A stretch of DNA of 63,040 nt, filler included, from Lenisia limosa (lineage: Eukaryota > Protista > Breviatea): assembly GCA_001655205.1 (NCBI GenBank). It is 13 parts of 13 records of this genome, joined end to end, with 100 filler letters (N's around TTAATTAATTAA, not from the genome) between each part and the next. Parts side by side here need not be neighbours in the genome. Positions count along the whole stretch, not along the records: positions 1 to 15,727 come from LPNZ01005560.1; positions 15,828 to 19,644 come from LPNZ01001953.1; positions 19,745 to 21,909 come from LPNZ01007428.1; positions 22,010 to 27,699 come from LPNZ01004242.1; 9 more parts are not named here. The stretch is one strand, 5' to 3'. The position numbers and the translations under genes were made by a program. The notes under the pieces are model-generated. The model was not told the origin of the DNA, ran no database searches, and saw nothing but the letters and a program-made list of their open reading frames with translations. The first letter of the stretch is position 1. Every line of letters starts with the position of its first letter. Of this stretch, positions 13,233 to 26,100 are shown in pieces.

Positions 13233-15419
13233 TTAGGTGTCAGTTGCTTCGGGGTAATGTCCAGGAAGGGGGCCGTTTTTAACACAACAGAAAACGTCGA
13301 AACCAAAACTCAGTGCTACTGTATAACGGTCCACTCTGGGGGGGGGGGGGNNNNNNNNNNNNNNNNNNNNNNNNNNNNNNNNNNNNNNNNNNNNNNNNNN
13401 NNNNNNNNNNNNNNNNNNNNNNNNNNNNNNNNNNNNNNNNNNNNNNNNNNNNNNNNNTCAAAAAAATAACTGCAGAGTCATAGTCAATGGTAGTAGATCT
13501 GTAATAAATGAAAGCCATTGCCCACCTGTCCCATCCATAGCAGTGATCAAGACCATCATCGTCGTTCCACCAGTAGCCGAAGCGAGATCCGTACTTCTCT
13601 TTGTTCAAAAGCGGCAGCTTACTCTAAAATGTCAAAAAATTGTCGGCACCCTTTTATTCTTATACAATAGACTATATGCATATGATATATTATATATAGT
13701 ATATATAGTGGCTATATGACATATTATATATCCTATTGAACATCAGACTGACAGAATGTGGTAAATGAAACCCTTGGAGAAAACCCATATCATATGATAT
13801 AATACAGTATATCATAATATTCATGTGTCTACTACATCAAGAGAAACTCAAACAGACCTTGCCAAAACAAATCAGGATATAGACTCCGCCAGGTTTCAGT
13901 ACCCTGGATGCCTCGTGTAACATGGCATCAACACTATAAGGTCAATTATGGGTGTGTGGAAATCGAAGTTATCTGCCAAAAGTGACTCGCTGTTCAACTG
14001 AAGACCACATAGCCCAACCTCTTCAGTGACACGTCCGGATCAGGGTTAGTCAACACTGCCTCCATTGTACCTGGGTTTTGTGAAAAATAAAAAATAAAAG
14101 GGAAAGTTGTCTCGGATACGATATTGAACGTAAATAACGCCATTTTTGCCTCTTTTATTTCTCCAATACAAAATATTAATTTACATGAATCGCTCCAAGG
14201 AAGGCCTATTCTTCGATAATTTATCTGTTATCCGAGACAACTTTCCCATTTGAAACCCTGTTTTAAAGAAGATAGTTATTAATTGCTTCAGTTATACCGA
14301 TCAATTAATGTATATTTTGATTTTATTGACAGCAAAGATACCACCCACCTTTGTCAATCAGACAGTCAAATGACTCATCTTCAAACTCCATATTGAGCAT
14401 ATCGCCAACAACCCCTAAGTTGTCAAATCGGGAGACAAATGGAAACTTTACAATTTTGTTTTGGTGGTAATTTTTCGTGTAATCTAGCGAATATGGACAT
14501 GTGTAAAGTAATAAAAACAATGGTATTGTGTGCGTGAGTTTTATATCACTTTCCTCTCTTCTAAATATAAAAGCTAAGAAGCCCGACCTACAAGTCATGC
14601 CCTTCCTTCCTGCGTTCTTCTCGGCCATTTTGTCGATGACCACCTATAACATGACATATCGTTGAGTTGCTAACATCACCCTTTCGTTTGAGAGAAGAAC
14701 AGAAAGAAATTAAACGGAATGGAAGCAAGCCCGAATGAAATATCTGAATAACGTACTTAATTTCTCATCAATCGATACGCAGTAATAATTATCGAAATAA
14801 TGTTTTAGAAGCGATCTTACCTGAGAGTAGTCAAGGTTGACCATGTTTTCAAAACCATCGTCAAAAATGTCAGCTGACAATCTTGAGTTGCCACAGCCAA
14901 GCATCAGCATTTTGGAGTCTAAGTTAATTAGTATGGGATTCTGGGAAAGGAATTGTACATTTAAGGATGATGATAAAGTACTCTAGTAAGATTTTGTTTC
15001 CAAAAACATCCACATAGATAGAAACGATCAAAATTCGACTAGATAATGATTCAATTCTGTCAGGAGATTCATACCAAAAACCCGGGCCACCTTTACTGAG
15101 ATATTTGCGCATAATTTCGGCATAGGGTTCATACGAGCCGAGCCACTCGTATTCCTCCTCAGTAGTGTATCGCTTGTCCCAATACTCAACCTGTAGAAAA
15201 GGTAAAAGGCTTTTCTGGGACAGGGTCTATTCACAGTACGATTGTGAATTAAATAGAAAATGCCCAGAATAAACGGTAAAAAGGAACTTTTATGACTAAA
15301 TATGAATTCCATACTCAGTTATTTTGAATAGAAACCCCCTTGAGTTATTCACAAAGAAGAGAAACTAACAGATACGGCGCTCAACAAACCTTCTCATACT
15401 CCTCATTTGAATCAGCCAT
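13233..15419 (-). CDS. Class I SAM-dependent methyltransferase, EEF1AKMT4/METTL13-N-like
   Basis: Spliced product: MADSNEEYEK|VEYWDKRYTTEEEYEWLGSY...LMLGCGNSRLSADIFDDGFENMVNLDYSQ|VIDKMAEK...GDMLNMEFEDESFDCLIDK|GTMEAVL...MLHEASRVLKPGGVYILICFG...FGFDVFCCVK...DT*. Confidence 0.85.
14100..14260. mobile_element. Third TIR element family (second copy at 56099-56229)
   Basis: Both copies read GGGAAAGTTGTCTCGGATA...[unrelated middle]...CGAGACAACT(TT/C)CCCATTTGAAACCCTG. Confidence 0.7.
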
Positions 15420-15771
15420 GACAACTCTGTGTTAACTATTGAAGATTAATGCTTAGAGAAATAAAAGTGGTATAGCTCCAAGTTGTGATAACTATGACCA
15501 ACTTTTGAGTCGAGAGGTCAAATATCACACATGTAAATATGAGTTACCATATCATAGAGTGGAAAATGATAGTTCACACGTTTAAAAATGAACGTTGGTA
15601 AAAGAGAAGGGAGGCAGGCCTCAATTGCCTGCATTATATGACCATGTAATATGCACGATCATGACTAAGAATGCCATTACAACTGATGCTCCTTTACAAA
15701 AAAGCCCAATATTTAAAGAGCATATCANNNNNNNNNNNNNNNNNNNNNNNNNNNNNNNNNNNNNNNNNNNN

Positions 15772-15783
15772 TTAATTAATTAA
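15772..15783. other. Artificial scaffold linker (44N-TTAATTAATTAA-44N); also at 19689, 21954, 27744, 38320, 40860, 43097, 45205, 48827, 58024, 60257 and 61544
   Basis: An identical 12-mer with stops in all six frames, embedded in fixed-length N runs, occurs 12 times. Confidence 0.97.
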
Positions 15784-15827
15784 NNNNNNNNNNNNNNNNN
15801 NNNNNNNNNNNNNNNNNNNNNNNNNNN

Positions 15828-18475
15828 CCGAAACCGCCTCGGCTTCTCTTCGTCGGAAGTTAATAACAAGTTGTCTGTGGGGTGAGGAGGGCAATAATTG
15901 AAGGGAAGAAGGGGGTGGCGAAGGTAATATGGAAAATTTATGAAACAAAATGTTAGAAACACACGAGGGTTAAAAACAACAAAACAAACAAAACCCAAGT
16001 CAGTCGCTTCCGCAGCACCGCCACTTAACACTCCAACAAGCAAAAACCAAGCCAGTTTAAGGATTTATTGAGGATTTATCAGAATTCTGTGCTTTTCCCT
16101 CCCACGGAATCTGTGCACCGATCCAAACAGCGATTGATGCCATGCCTAAGAAGAAGGATATCTGTCAATGATGAGGGTTGTTGAAGTTCATAAAAGGAAT
16201 TCCCGATAAACACCACGCTTAACAGAACAAAATATATGACATTGCTCGGGACCAGTTGAATCAACCAACATTGGTGCGTACTACGATACTTATGCGATCA
16301 AGTCAATATGATGCTCGCTTCAAGAGCAAAGACTCACCTTTTGGCGCTCCGTTTCAATACACTGGGCAAAGAGCGTCTGTGTGAAGTCCCAGCCGTCAGC
16401 TCCATTGGTACAGCACTCCATGGTCGCGCAGGGAGGGAAAGAAGCTCCTGATGCCGGCTTATCCACTATTTACACGCTATTCAGCGGCCCTTTTTGTCTT
16501 TTTGATTATCGGGAGAGAAAGGGCTACATTATGATTTCTGCCTGACCTTCGGATATGCAACCTTCCAATCATTAGTTATTGGATAGCATCGAGGTGAAAC
16601 AACGTAAATACGTAACAATCTGGTGCCAATACCTTATAAAATGAAAGGGTCTTGGGTCTTTCACCCTTTCACAAATTCACCTAAAAAAAAACCCCGGGTA
16701 CCTCTATTTACGTTAGGGTTTTGGGCCTTTTTTGAGAGACATGACTAGACAACCCTCCCTCTGCTCTCTCTCATGTACTCCTGTCCTCTTCTCATCTTAT
16801 CATCTGCATATCATTGGTGTTGGGAAGAAAAACGCTCCAGTTTGCCAGGTTACAGATTTCGTCAAATTCCAGAAAAACCAACATAAACAATACATAGTAA
16901 ACTGTATACTAGTGAAACGCCCTCACGATAACCATCCAAAACAACAACTCCATAACCCTTATCCTTGTACACACCCTCCTCAACTCCACTCTTTTACTCG
17001 TTTCACTCCTTGTCCTCTTGACTCATGGAACAGGCTTTCCTCAGACGAATTCCATCCTCACTGTAAGGAAATTAATAACACAAAAAATGTATTCCAATCT
17101 GGAAACAAAAACTTGTGGTTGCGAGGAATAAAATTCCTGGATCCTTAATACGGATGAAATTAGTCGTTTTTATTTAGACTTTAAAATGTCAAATAAGTGT
17201 AAAATACCCTTTGGAATTATGCGCGCATGTTTTCAATTGTTTTTCCCCAATAAATATTGGGACAAAGTGCGCTTGCGGTGTTTCAGTAGTGTTATATTGG
17301 GGAAAAAACAAAAAACATTCGCACAGGTGTTTTTTTCTTATTTGACATTTTAAAGTCCTCATCAAGACGACCAATTTTATCCGTATAAATGCCTTACTTT
17401 GGTCCAAAAAAAAACCGGATCCTCGATCAATCGTCGATAAATATCGATATTTTCCCGGTCTTTTGAACCAAAAGTGAAGCTTAAAATTTTTTTGTGACTA
17501 AAGTGTCCTTAGCTTTGTACGCCCACATGTTCTCTGGACGAGACTCCTCTGGTGACTCCTCACCCTGAACAGCGGCTTGGGACTCGCCACAGAACGGCAA
17601 GCTACATTGGGCCTATGTTTTGAGGGGTGGCATTGTAAACAAGTATCTTCATTTGTGTGCTTGGGTGGGGGGTATAAAGATGAAAAATCAAAACAAGGTT
17701 GTATCTGGCCGAAGTCATCCACACTATAGTGATGAATGCTTGGACCAGCAAAGCCTGGTTAAAATATCTATTTTAACTTTCTACCCGCCATAACAGGTCA
17801 CACATAACATGGTTATATTATTATAACTATATAAACTGTCCACCCACCAACTGGTTATATTATAACTAGCTTCACTTCGGTTCAAAAAATACCCGGCAAA
17901 ATATCAATAGTTTTCGAGGATTTATCGATAAATTCAGTCTTTTTTTCGAACCGAAGTGAAGCCCAAAATTTTATAACTAAAGTACCCTCACCAAAACTTG
18001 GTTATTCAGGAGAGCGTGGGTGACAGAGGCGGTTTTGAGTTTCATCCAATGAGCGCTGGAGCCAAGAAAACCCTCTTGCTCTCGTTTTTCTGGGGGGAGG
18101 GAAGATTAAAATTGGACAATTAATGAAACAAAAAAAGCCCAAATCAACTCAGTGGCTGACAACACTCGAAGGTTGATAACAACAANNNNNNNNNNNNNNN
18201 NNNNNNNNNNNNNNNNNNNNNNNNNNGAAAAATATTGGCGTGGGGGGGGGGTATGGAACAAAGACCCAGAATCAACTCTATTGTAAAACAAATTTAAAAC
18301 ACAGCAGCAAACACTAACTTGAAACACAATTGCAGCAAACACTAACTTGAAACACAACAGAATTGATCAGCAAAACAAATGTTTCTCAATACATTATTTT
18401 GGGAAACAAAACAAAGCCACCCACCTCGTTCGGCTGACGGGGTGCTCGAAGTGGAAAAAGGGAACGTCTGAAGGG
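15828..18475 (-). CDS. Unidentified multi-exon gene fragment
   Basis: GT-AG-bounded open segments include VPSDVPFFHFEHPVSRT, KREQEGFLGSSAHWMKLKTASVTHALLNNQVL, MECCTNGADGWDFTQTLFAQCIETERQK and NSFYELQQPSSLTDILLLRHGINRCLDRC. No family recognised. Confidence 0.45.
18090..18185 (-). repeat. Intron-3'-end repeat family, copy ending at an acceptor (another at 15911-16037, minus)
   Basis: TTGTTATCAACCTTCGAGTGTTGTCAGCCACTGAGTTGATTTGGGC...CCAATTTTAATCTTCCCTCCCCCCAG|exon. Confidence 0.88.
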
Positions 18476-19809
18476 ACCTAATGAGAAAACTCATTTCAAT
18501 AGGGCTACCAAGAAACAGAAGAAAATTCTAACAAGGGCACCAAATGACAGATATGATTGGCGAAGCGATTTGGAGTATTGATGATTTAGGGAATCCGATC
18601 TACAAAATGTTGTGCTACAAATAAGCTGTTGTGTTTTCTGTGACTGGAAACTTTCAGCTGACTGTACAGAGCAAAAGCCACACACACTACAAAATACGCA
18701 GACTTGCCTTTTTTGGAAAATATCATCAAATGAGGACATTATTGCCTTAACCTATTATTGTCCTCATTCAGCCATTTCTATCAGATGTCTATCAGATTTC
18801 TATGTGTAATCATTAGTGTCTGCTGAAGCTCGTTTGAAGAATAGAAAAATAAAATTTTGAAGTCCTATTTACCAGCGCAGCGGGTTTCTCAAAATTTACA
18901 TGAAATTCCGTGAACACGGCCTTTGTTCTGCGAAGCAGCGAAACAAAAATTCCAAAACTGGTAAAAAAAATGTCTGTAAATCGATGGTAAAATTCTGCTT
19001 GTTTGTTCTGGGTAGTATTGTTACAAATAATACAGCTATCAAACAGCTATACAATCTGAAGAAATAGAGAGAAGAACAGGAAAAGGCCTGTTTAGAAGAA
19101 TGGAGAAAACCACGTTTCACATTTTCCAACAACAAAAATAATGCTAAATGCGCCGCGAAAATCCGCGAAAATGCTGTTTTTACTCTGTTTTTTTTTTCGA
19201 GAAAATCCCGCAAAAATGCAATTTTTCTGCGCGGGTAAATAGGGCATGAATCAGGCACATATTGCAATTATGTTGCATGCCATCTTGCTCACCCACGCCA
19301 CTTTTTGAATGGGGAGGAATCATGCTTGACCGGGTGACCGGGAACGCCGTTTATAATCGCATCTCAGTGCTTTCTATTTCCCAGTTTCCAGCTATTTTCA
19401 AAATGTTTGAAGTGTGTAAGCGCGTGAGTATATTAAGGGTTATCTAGCAAGTTCACTTCGTTTCCACTGGCTCTGAATTGGGTTGATTTGGGCTTTTTGT
19501 TTCACATTTTCCAATTTTACCTTCCCCCCTCCCATTGGAATGAGACAAGACCACAGTCTCCCTCCCAATGTAACGATGAAAGAACTAAATAACAAGCATT
19601 ATGGGGCCATAAGCTCCGTAAAGTCGAAGGGCATAAACAGCTTGNNNNNNNNNNNNNNNNNNNNNNNNNNNNNNNNNNNNNNNNNNNNTTAATTAATTAA
19701 NNNNNNNNNNNNNNNNNNNNNNNNNNNNNNNNNNNNNNNNNNNNGAGAGAAGCCCATATAATAACAAATCTGTTGTTGAATCGTTGAAACTCAGTGGAGA
19801 GTAAAACAA

Positions 19810-19896
19810 AGCGAACAAACCTCGCCCTTCATGAACGCGAGCGCTTCATTGAGGCTCATGTCCTCCTCTTGCCGCTTTGTAGCAGCTCTCACGGGA
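19810..19896 (-). CDS. Probable first coding exon of an unidentified gene (MSGNPVRAATKRQEEDMSLNEALAFMKGE), truncated by the scaffold end
   Basis: ATG-initiated, GC-richer segment ending at a GTTTGT donor. Confidence 0.35.
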
Positions 19897-20779
19897 TTGC
19901 CCGACATTCTGTCTGATCACGACGAGGAAACCCTCTCCCCGAAAGTACCGTCTTCTAAGGGCTTATTTCTGGATTATTTATCACCACAGCTCAAGGCGGG
20001 AGGAAAGGGGGGATTGGTTGCGGAAGATCTCAGCTTATGGTTGGTATCCTTCTCAGAACAGTTTAGCTTTAGATGCAATGCGACTAACTAATGTAAAATA
20101 CTACGTATAAGACAAGACAACACAGATTAAAGGTGTTTTTCAAGTGTTTTTTTGAACAAGAAATATGTTTGTTGAATTTTGGTTAAACCTACTAACTTAT
20201 AACGAAATCCTTTTGGCGACACCCATTTCAATTGATTCCATGTTGATTCAATAAGAGTTGGAGGATATTTGGAAATGATTATGTCCGTTTACTAATCAGC
20301 ACAGGTTGTGCATGTTGCCATGTTTTGAAAGGGTTTTGATAGAAAGCCTCTGTCAGATTACCATTTACCATTTCAACATATCAAACACATTTTTCTAAAT
20401 CTGTAAACATGTTACTATGTTACCTTCTTTCAAAAGTATTAAATATAAACTGTATGTAAATTGGTAAACTATGTTGTAATTTGGTCAACTTACACCTAAT
20501 ACATAAAGGTGAATGCCATTTGAAATTGCATCATCACAATTGGAATAAGGACAATGTTGGCACACCTCTTGGAAGAAATATAAACCAGTCCCCCCCCCCC
20601 CNNNNNNNNNNNNNNNNNNNNNNNNNNNNNNNNNNNNNNNNNNNNNNNNNNNNNNNNNNNNNNNNNNNNGAGTGAGTGGGGGAGTGCTAATATACAACAA
20701 AACAGAACCATAATAATACAATAAGATACAAGAAGTACAATACAAGTAGGATAATGAGAGCTTAGCCCCAAAAAAGTAC

Positions 20780-21753
20780 TTATGAGAGGAGACAAGTGTC
20801 GCCGTCGCACCATTTCTCGGTTACCATATCGTCCATCTTCAGATGATTGGCAGAGAAATCCACTTCCGATAACTGCAATAATAAGATCATGGAAACATGG
20901 GCAAAATAAAAATAAGATTTTGAAGGAAATTGAATCTGAAAAGGTTCCCATAAGGTACTTACCTTCAAATTTCAAAATCTAATTCCCAATTGTTTTCACA
21001 GAGTCACAGGTTATTTGTTTTTATGATATCCCTATGTATTCTTTCTTTACCTAGATTTCTAAGAAATAATTTTCCTTTTTCAAAACAACATTTCTCCCTC
21101 CCAATAGTACCTTGCTCTTCATTTTAAGGTAGGTGTCCTTGCTGATCTCCTCATATGGCATTTGCTGCAAGTGTAAGAAGGGCAAGTGGAAATATACATC
21201 TAAAATGTAAAGAGCAACCCACCCCTCCAAGTACCCCACATCCCCCCAATCTCTACCTCCTCCACAGTATGAAATAACTTGGGCTTTTCCTTTCAAAAAC
21301 ACTGAATTTCTCGATTTTTTTTACCCAAGGCGGATTTTACTGGTCTTTTTCGAACCGCAATGAAGCCCTAGGAAGACCCCCCCCCCCCNNNNNNNNNNNN
21401 NNNNNNNNNNNNNNNNNNNNNNNNNNNNNNNNNNNNNNNNNNNNNNNNNNNNNNNNNNNNNNNNNNNNNNNNNNNNNNNNNNNNNNNNNNNNNNNNNNNN
21501 NNNNNNNNNNNNNNNNNNNNNNNNNNNNNNNNNNNNNNNNNNNNNNNNNNNNNNNNNNNNNNNNNTTATCGAGAATTTCCGTCTTATTTCGAACTGAAGT
21601 GAAGCCCTAATTCTAACCCCCTCCCACCTCGTAAGCACCATTTTCAAGACGAGGTAAGAAGGACACGCCCTTGAGATGGTACTGGAAATAGTTGAGAGCG
21701 GACGGGATCTGAGGTCCCTCTGTCTTGGGGTCGAAAGTCACAGTGCAGGACAC
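20780..21753 (-). CDS. nrdJ: Class II adenosylcobalamin-dependent ribonucleoside-triphosphate reductase, last three exons (21628-21753, 21111-21164, 20780-20872)
   Basis: Phase-0 splicing gives VSCTVTFDPKTEGPQIPSALNYFQYHLKGVSFLPRLENGAYE|QMPYEEISKDTYLKMKSK|LSEVDFSANHLKMDDMVTEKWCDGDTCLLS*. This matches the monomeric RTPR C-terminus (VSxTVTF, LKGxSFLP, YxQxPYEEI, terminal CDGDxC cysteine pair). Confidence 0.9.
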
Positions 21754-23178
21754 CTGCGGGGGGGGGGGGGNNNNNNNNNNTGACTGGTAACATACATAAC
21801 AACAAAACTCAAAACAAACAAAGCTTAGGCTTGCGGGTGAAAGTGTTGAGTATATCGAAGGAAATGAAGAATATTGGCAGATCAGTATACCCCCCCCCCC
21901 CATATTCCANNNNNNNNNNNNNNNNNNNNNNNNNNNNNNNNNNNNNNNNNNNNTTAATTAATTAANNNNNNNNNNNNNNNNNNNNNNNNNNNNNNNNNNN
22001 NNNNNNNNNTTACATAGTATTAGTTCACAACAAAAAAAGAATAGAGATAGCCTATCTCAATCAGAGTAGAGATGAATGATCAAAGCATTATTTGTTCACT
22101 GTAGAAGGAAAAGAGAAATGGGCTTCGACTCTGCATAACATATATGATATACAACATGTATCACACTCTACCCAAACTTTTGACAAGTATTAAAACACTC
22201 CAATGAACCCCCCCCCCCCCCCCCCNNNNNNNNNNNNNNNNNNNNNNNNNNNNNNNNNNNNNNNNNNNNNNNNNNNNNNNNNNNNNNNNNNNNNNNNNNN
22301 NNNNNNNNNNNNNNNNNNNNNNNNNNNNNNNNNNNNNNNNNNNNNNNNNNNNNNNNNNNNNNNNNNNNNNNNNNNNNNNNNNNNNNNNNNNNNNNNNNNN
22401 NNNNNNNNNNNNNNNNNNNNNNNNNNNNNNNNNNNNNNNNNNNNNNNNNNGTGAGAAATAGTGGTCTTTGTGGGCAAAACAAGCGTTTCACAATCTCCTT
22501 GTCCAAGGGATAGAAAGGGAAAAACTGGGATTTAATTTTCTCCCAGTTTTTCCAGTTTTTTTAATGAAACTAGGATCACAAATGACCAAATTAAAAGTGT
22601 AAGAGATAGTCCCTCTTGAAATAGTCAAAAAAAAAGGCAAATACAAAAACCACTAAGTGTCCCCTCGTGTTCGTCACTTAATACTCCATTAGGAATCCAG
22701 TAGTGTTCATAAAATGCGCATTCACAAAGTTTATCAAAGAAGCGGCCCCCTGGTCACCTTCAGACATGCTGGATGGTGGGACTGAAGGTACTTGCTTCCT
22801 ACTTTCAGCCGTTCATCCGCTTAATTAATTTCTAAGGTATTATCTGTCCAAATACGTGCAGAGAGCCTCAGGAGAGATGCCTATAAGTGCTGAATTTGCA
22901 AAACAAAAACTATTGGACAGTTAACCAAGATTTTCATTAATATACAATCAATAAGTTGTTACAAAGGTAAAATTATTGCAGTAGAGTACACAGAAAGGAA
23001 GTTGTGCTGAATTTCGCGCGCGCTTTTAAACAACACTGATCCCCATGATCAGATTACTCCTTTGTTTGGAAATATGCGCTCTCTTCATCTTTTACGCTTA
23101 AAAGTACTTATATAACCGTGTATTTATTAATTAGTGGTGCAGAAAAGAAGTTGATTTCCTTGAACCTTTACCTTCACC

Positions 23179-26100
23179 ATGTCTGGCGGGGGTGAGATGG
23201 TGACCCTCCAACTGGGGCACTATGCCAACTTTACTGGTATTTGGGTGTGGAAAGTATGTTCTGATCTGCATTGGAGGGGGGGGGGNNNNNNNNNNNNNNN
23301 NNNNNNNNNNNNNNNNNNNNNNNNNNNNNNNNNNNNNNNNNNNNNNNNNNNNNNNNNNNNNNNNNNNNNNNNNNNNNNNNNNNNNNNNNNNNNNNNNNNN
23401 NNNNNNNNNNNNNNNNNNNNNNNNNNNNNNNNNNNNNNNNNNNNNNNNNNNNNNNNNNNNNNNNNNNNNNNNNNNNNNNNNNNNTAATTTCACCTACTCT
23501 ATCAATACTTTGTTGTATAACAATGTAGGGAGAGGCAACTTATGTTCCTCGTGCACTTGTTTATGACTTAAAAGGTGGGAGAGTTGTTGTTGGTAGTGAT
23601 TCCATACCAAATGTTGAGGGCCATTTTTCTGGGTTTGGTTTTCATTAATGTGATATTTTAACCACGATCCCCATTGACCTGCCATTATAACCTGATACAC
23701 TCAGGGAAGCAAGCTGAAAAATACTCGTGTTATAAGGCTAGAAATTGTGTAGACTAATTATTTCTATTCACAATATTCCGTGACAGCTTCGCTCAAACGC
23801 AACATGTCCCTCATCCTGTAGGCAGTCTGGGCGGCCTGCGCCTTGACGGGTTAGCGTTCCAAGAGCCTGTCAAAGTTGATGCGTTGGTGGGGTGATCATT
23901 ATTCCATAATGGTCATTCTTTTGGTCCGTAGTATAGGCAAAATGGCGATTTTTATCATTATGTACCTCTCTTGGGTCTGAAGGGAAGCCTTTTAAAATGA
24001 CCAGTATGCCAATATGAAGTTGAAATAACACAGATTATCAATAGTGAAGTAATACTAGTTGTTGTATCATCTTGATGTTTTAGCCCGAAGGACACGATGG
24101 TTTTCTCGCAGCCCCAGTATCAGCCAAATGAGTTTCACCGTGCGATGGATGAGGAAAAGAGAAGACGCCTCCTCGAAGCTGTATGAGGGTGTCTAGCAAG
24201 GACTCCTATATTATGGGTAGTAGGGAAGTCTAATATCGAACTCATAACCATGTAACATTGATACCGTACTGGTATTATCACCACTTACCAATTCAGAGCG
24301 ACTCAAAAGACCAACTTGATGAAGGTTTGTTGGGAGCTGAGATTTCATGTGACCTCTATTAAAATGATATAATAGTACATATGATATAGCTATATCATAT
24401 TATATATATATATATATATATACATAATATGATATATATTTTTTATGATATGGTATGACATTAATCCAGTGTATTTATATTACATAGTATGGGTGTTTTT
24501 TTGTGTACAGTCAGTCGGATCTCTATGATCCTTGTTTCAATAGAGACTTTACTGCAAAAAAAGTAGGATATACATATTAAACTGTGTTACTTTTTGAGAT
24601 TCAGTATGTTTTTCAAGAATTCCTCACCAGCTGTAGAGTTGAAGGCGAAGGAAGAAGAGCAACAAGCTAAGAAAGCTAAAAAAGAGGAAAAGAAAGAGGA
24701 AGAGGAGGATAAGCCAGCCGATGATTTCAGACTCAATGACAAGGTCACACTATGGTCTGATTATTTGAGGTCATATTACCACCACCGCTCAGTCGTTGAG
24801 TTGCCCACGGAATACGCAACAAAAGGTAAGATGTCCTGGGTCACTTTTATAAAAAGAAAAATCCAACTTGGGTCTTACCAGGGCTTCCCTCTGATTCCAA
24901 ATGGATCATATGGATAATATATATCACAGCGGTCAATAAGGCGTTGGGAACAAAGCAAAGCTAAGGTATAAATAGCTAAGGTATAAATAGGGCTTCACTT
25001 CGGTTCGGAAAATTCCGGTAAAATATTGATAATTTTCGAAGATTTATCGAGAAATTTAGTGTTTTCTTTTTTTTCGAACCGAAGTGAAACCCAAGGTATA
25101 ACCCCTGAATTCAGCTACCCGCTCAACTATCCTATCAACTAATTGCAATTAGAAAACCCGAGTCAGCATTTTTCGAACTATTGCCAGGGCGTGGATGCAA
25201 TGGCTTCTACCACCATGGTGAGCTATAGCGATACGCCTATTGTGCGTCATTTCACGGGGGAGCTTGGTCAGGAAGAAAGATCTAATACGGGGGAAATTGG
25301 AGAATTAATGTTTTTTTTTTGTTGTTTTTTGGATTTGTATTGAGAGTCTCAATGCCTATTGTTATAACTTTTTACGTTGTAACGTTGTTGTAATACTGAT
25401 TGACATTATTGGCATATGAGAACAATTCTACACCTAACACACCAGATGGACACTGTTGAAGATCAGGTCCGATACTTTGCGGAGGAGTGCAACCGACTGG
25501 ATTCGTACACTATGCTTTATGACGGTCACGATGGTATGGGGATATGCCAATGTTAGTAAGTTGATTGGGATATAGTATGAGATGATTCTATGATACTATT
25601 ATAATACTCACGGCATTTGAAATGTAAATGTTTTACACAATTAGTGATATTCGTAATTGTTTTTTATTCATTATATACCTCTGGTAGCATTCGACCATTA
25701 TCATAGCTTTATTATATACTAGTATATGATATATATATATATGATATAATATGACAAGCAACATTCATTCTGTGTCTACCAAAGTGTATTACAGTTTACA
25801 ATCAAGGTTTTGGCGGTTTCGCAGCTGGTATGGCTACTTACCTCAAGGATGAATTCCGAAAGGTGCGCCTGGACGTCTTTTGATGATGATATTCTCTGTT
25901 GTTTCTGGCTCACATACTCCTTTAGTGATAAATACGGAGAATTTTGGGGGTGTTGTATTTTTCGATATCCCATTGGTGTAACCGTTTGTCCGTTCTATTT
26001 TCACAACTTTGACAGATTCTGACTTTTCAGGTCTCACTGCTGTCGGTGCCTCTGACAGCCCACGTTCCTCCTCTTTCAGACCCCGTAAGCACAGTACTTT

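Noticed and set aside
15728-15827. TTAATTAATTAA palindrome repeated 12 times as a possible biological motif
   Set aside because: It is always centred in exactly 44+44 N, so it is an artificial concatenation spacer. Gene neighbourhoods across linkers were therefore not interpreted.
22640-22790. Minus-strand start MSEGDQGAASLINFVNAHFMNTTGFL as a WASHC3/CCDC53-like gene divergent from misato
   Set aside because: The similarity is a few residues and downstream exons fall in gaps, so it cannot be supported.
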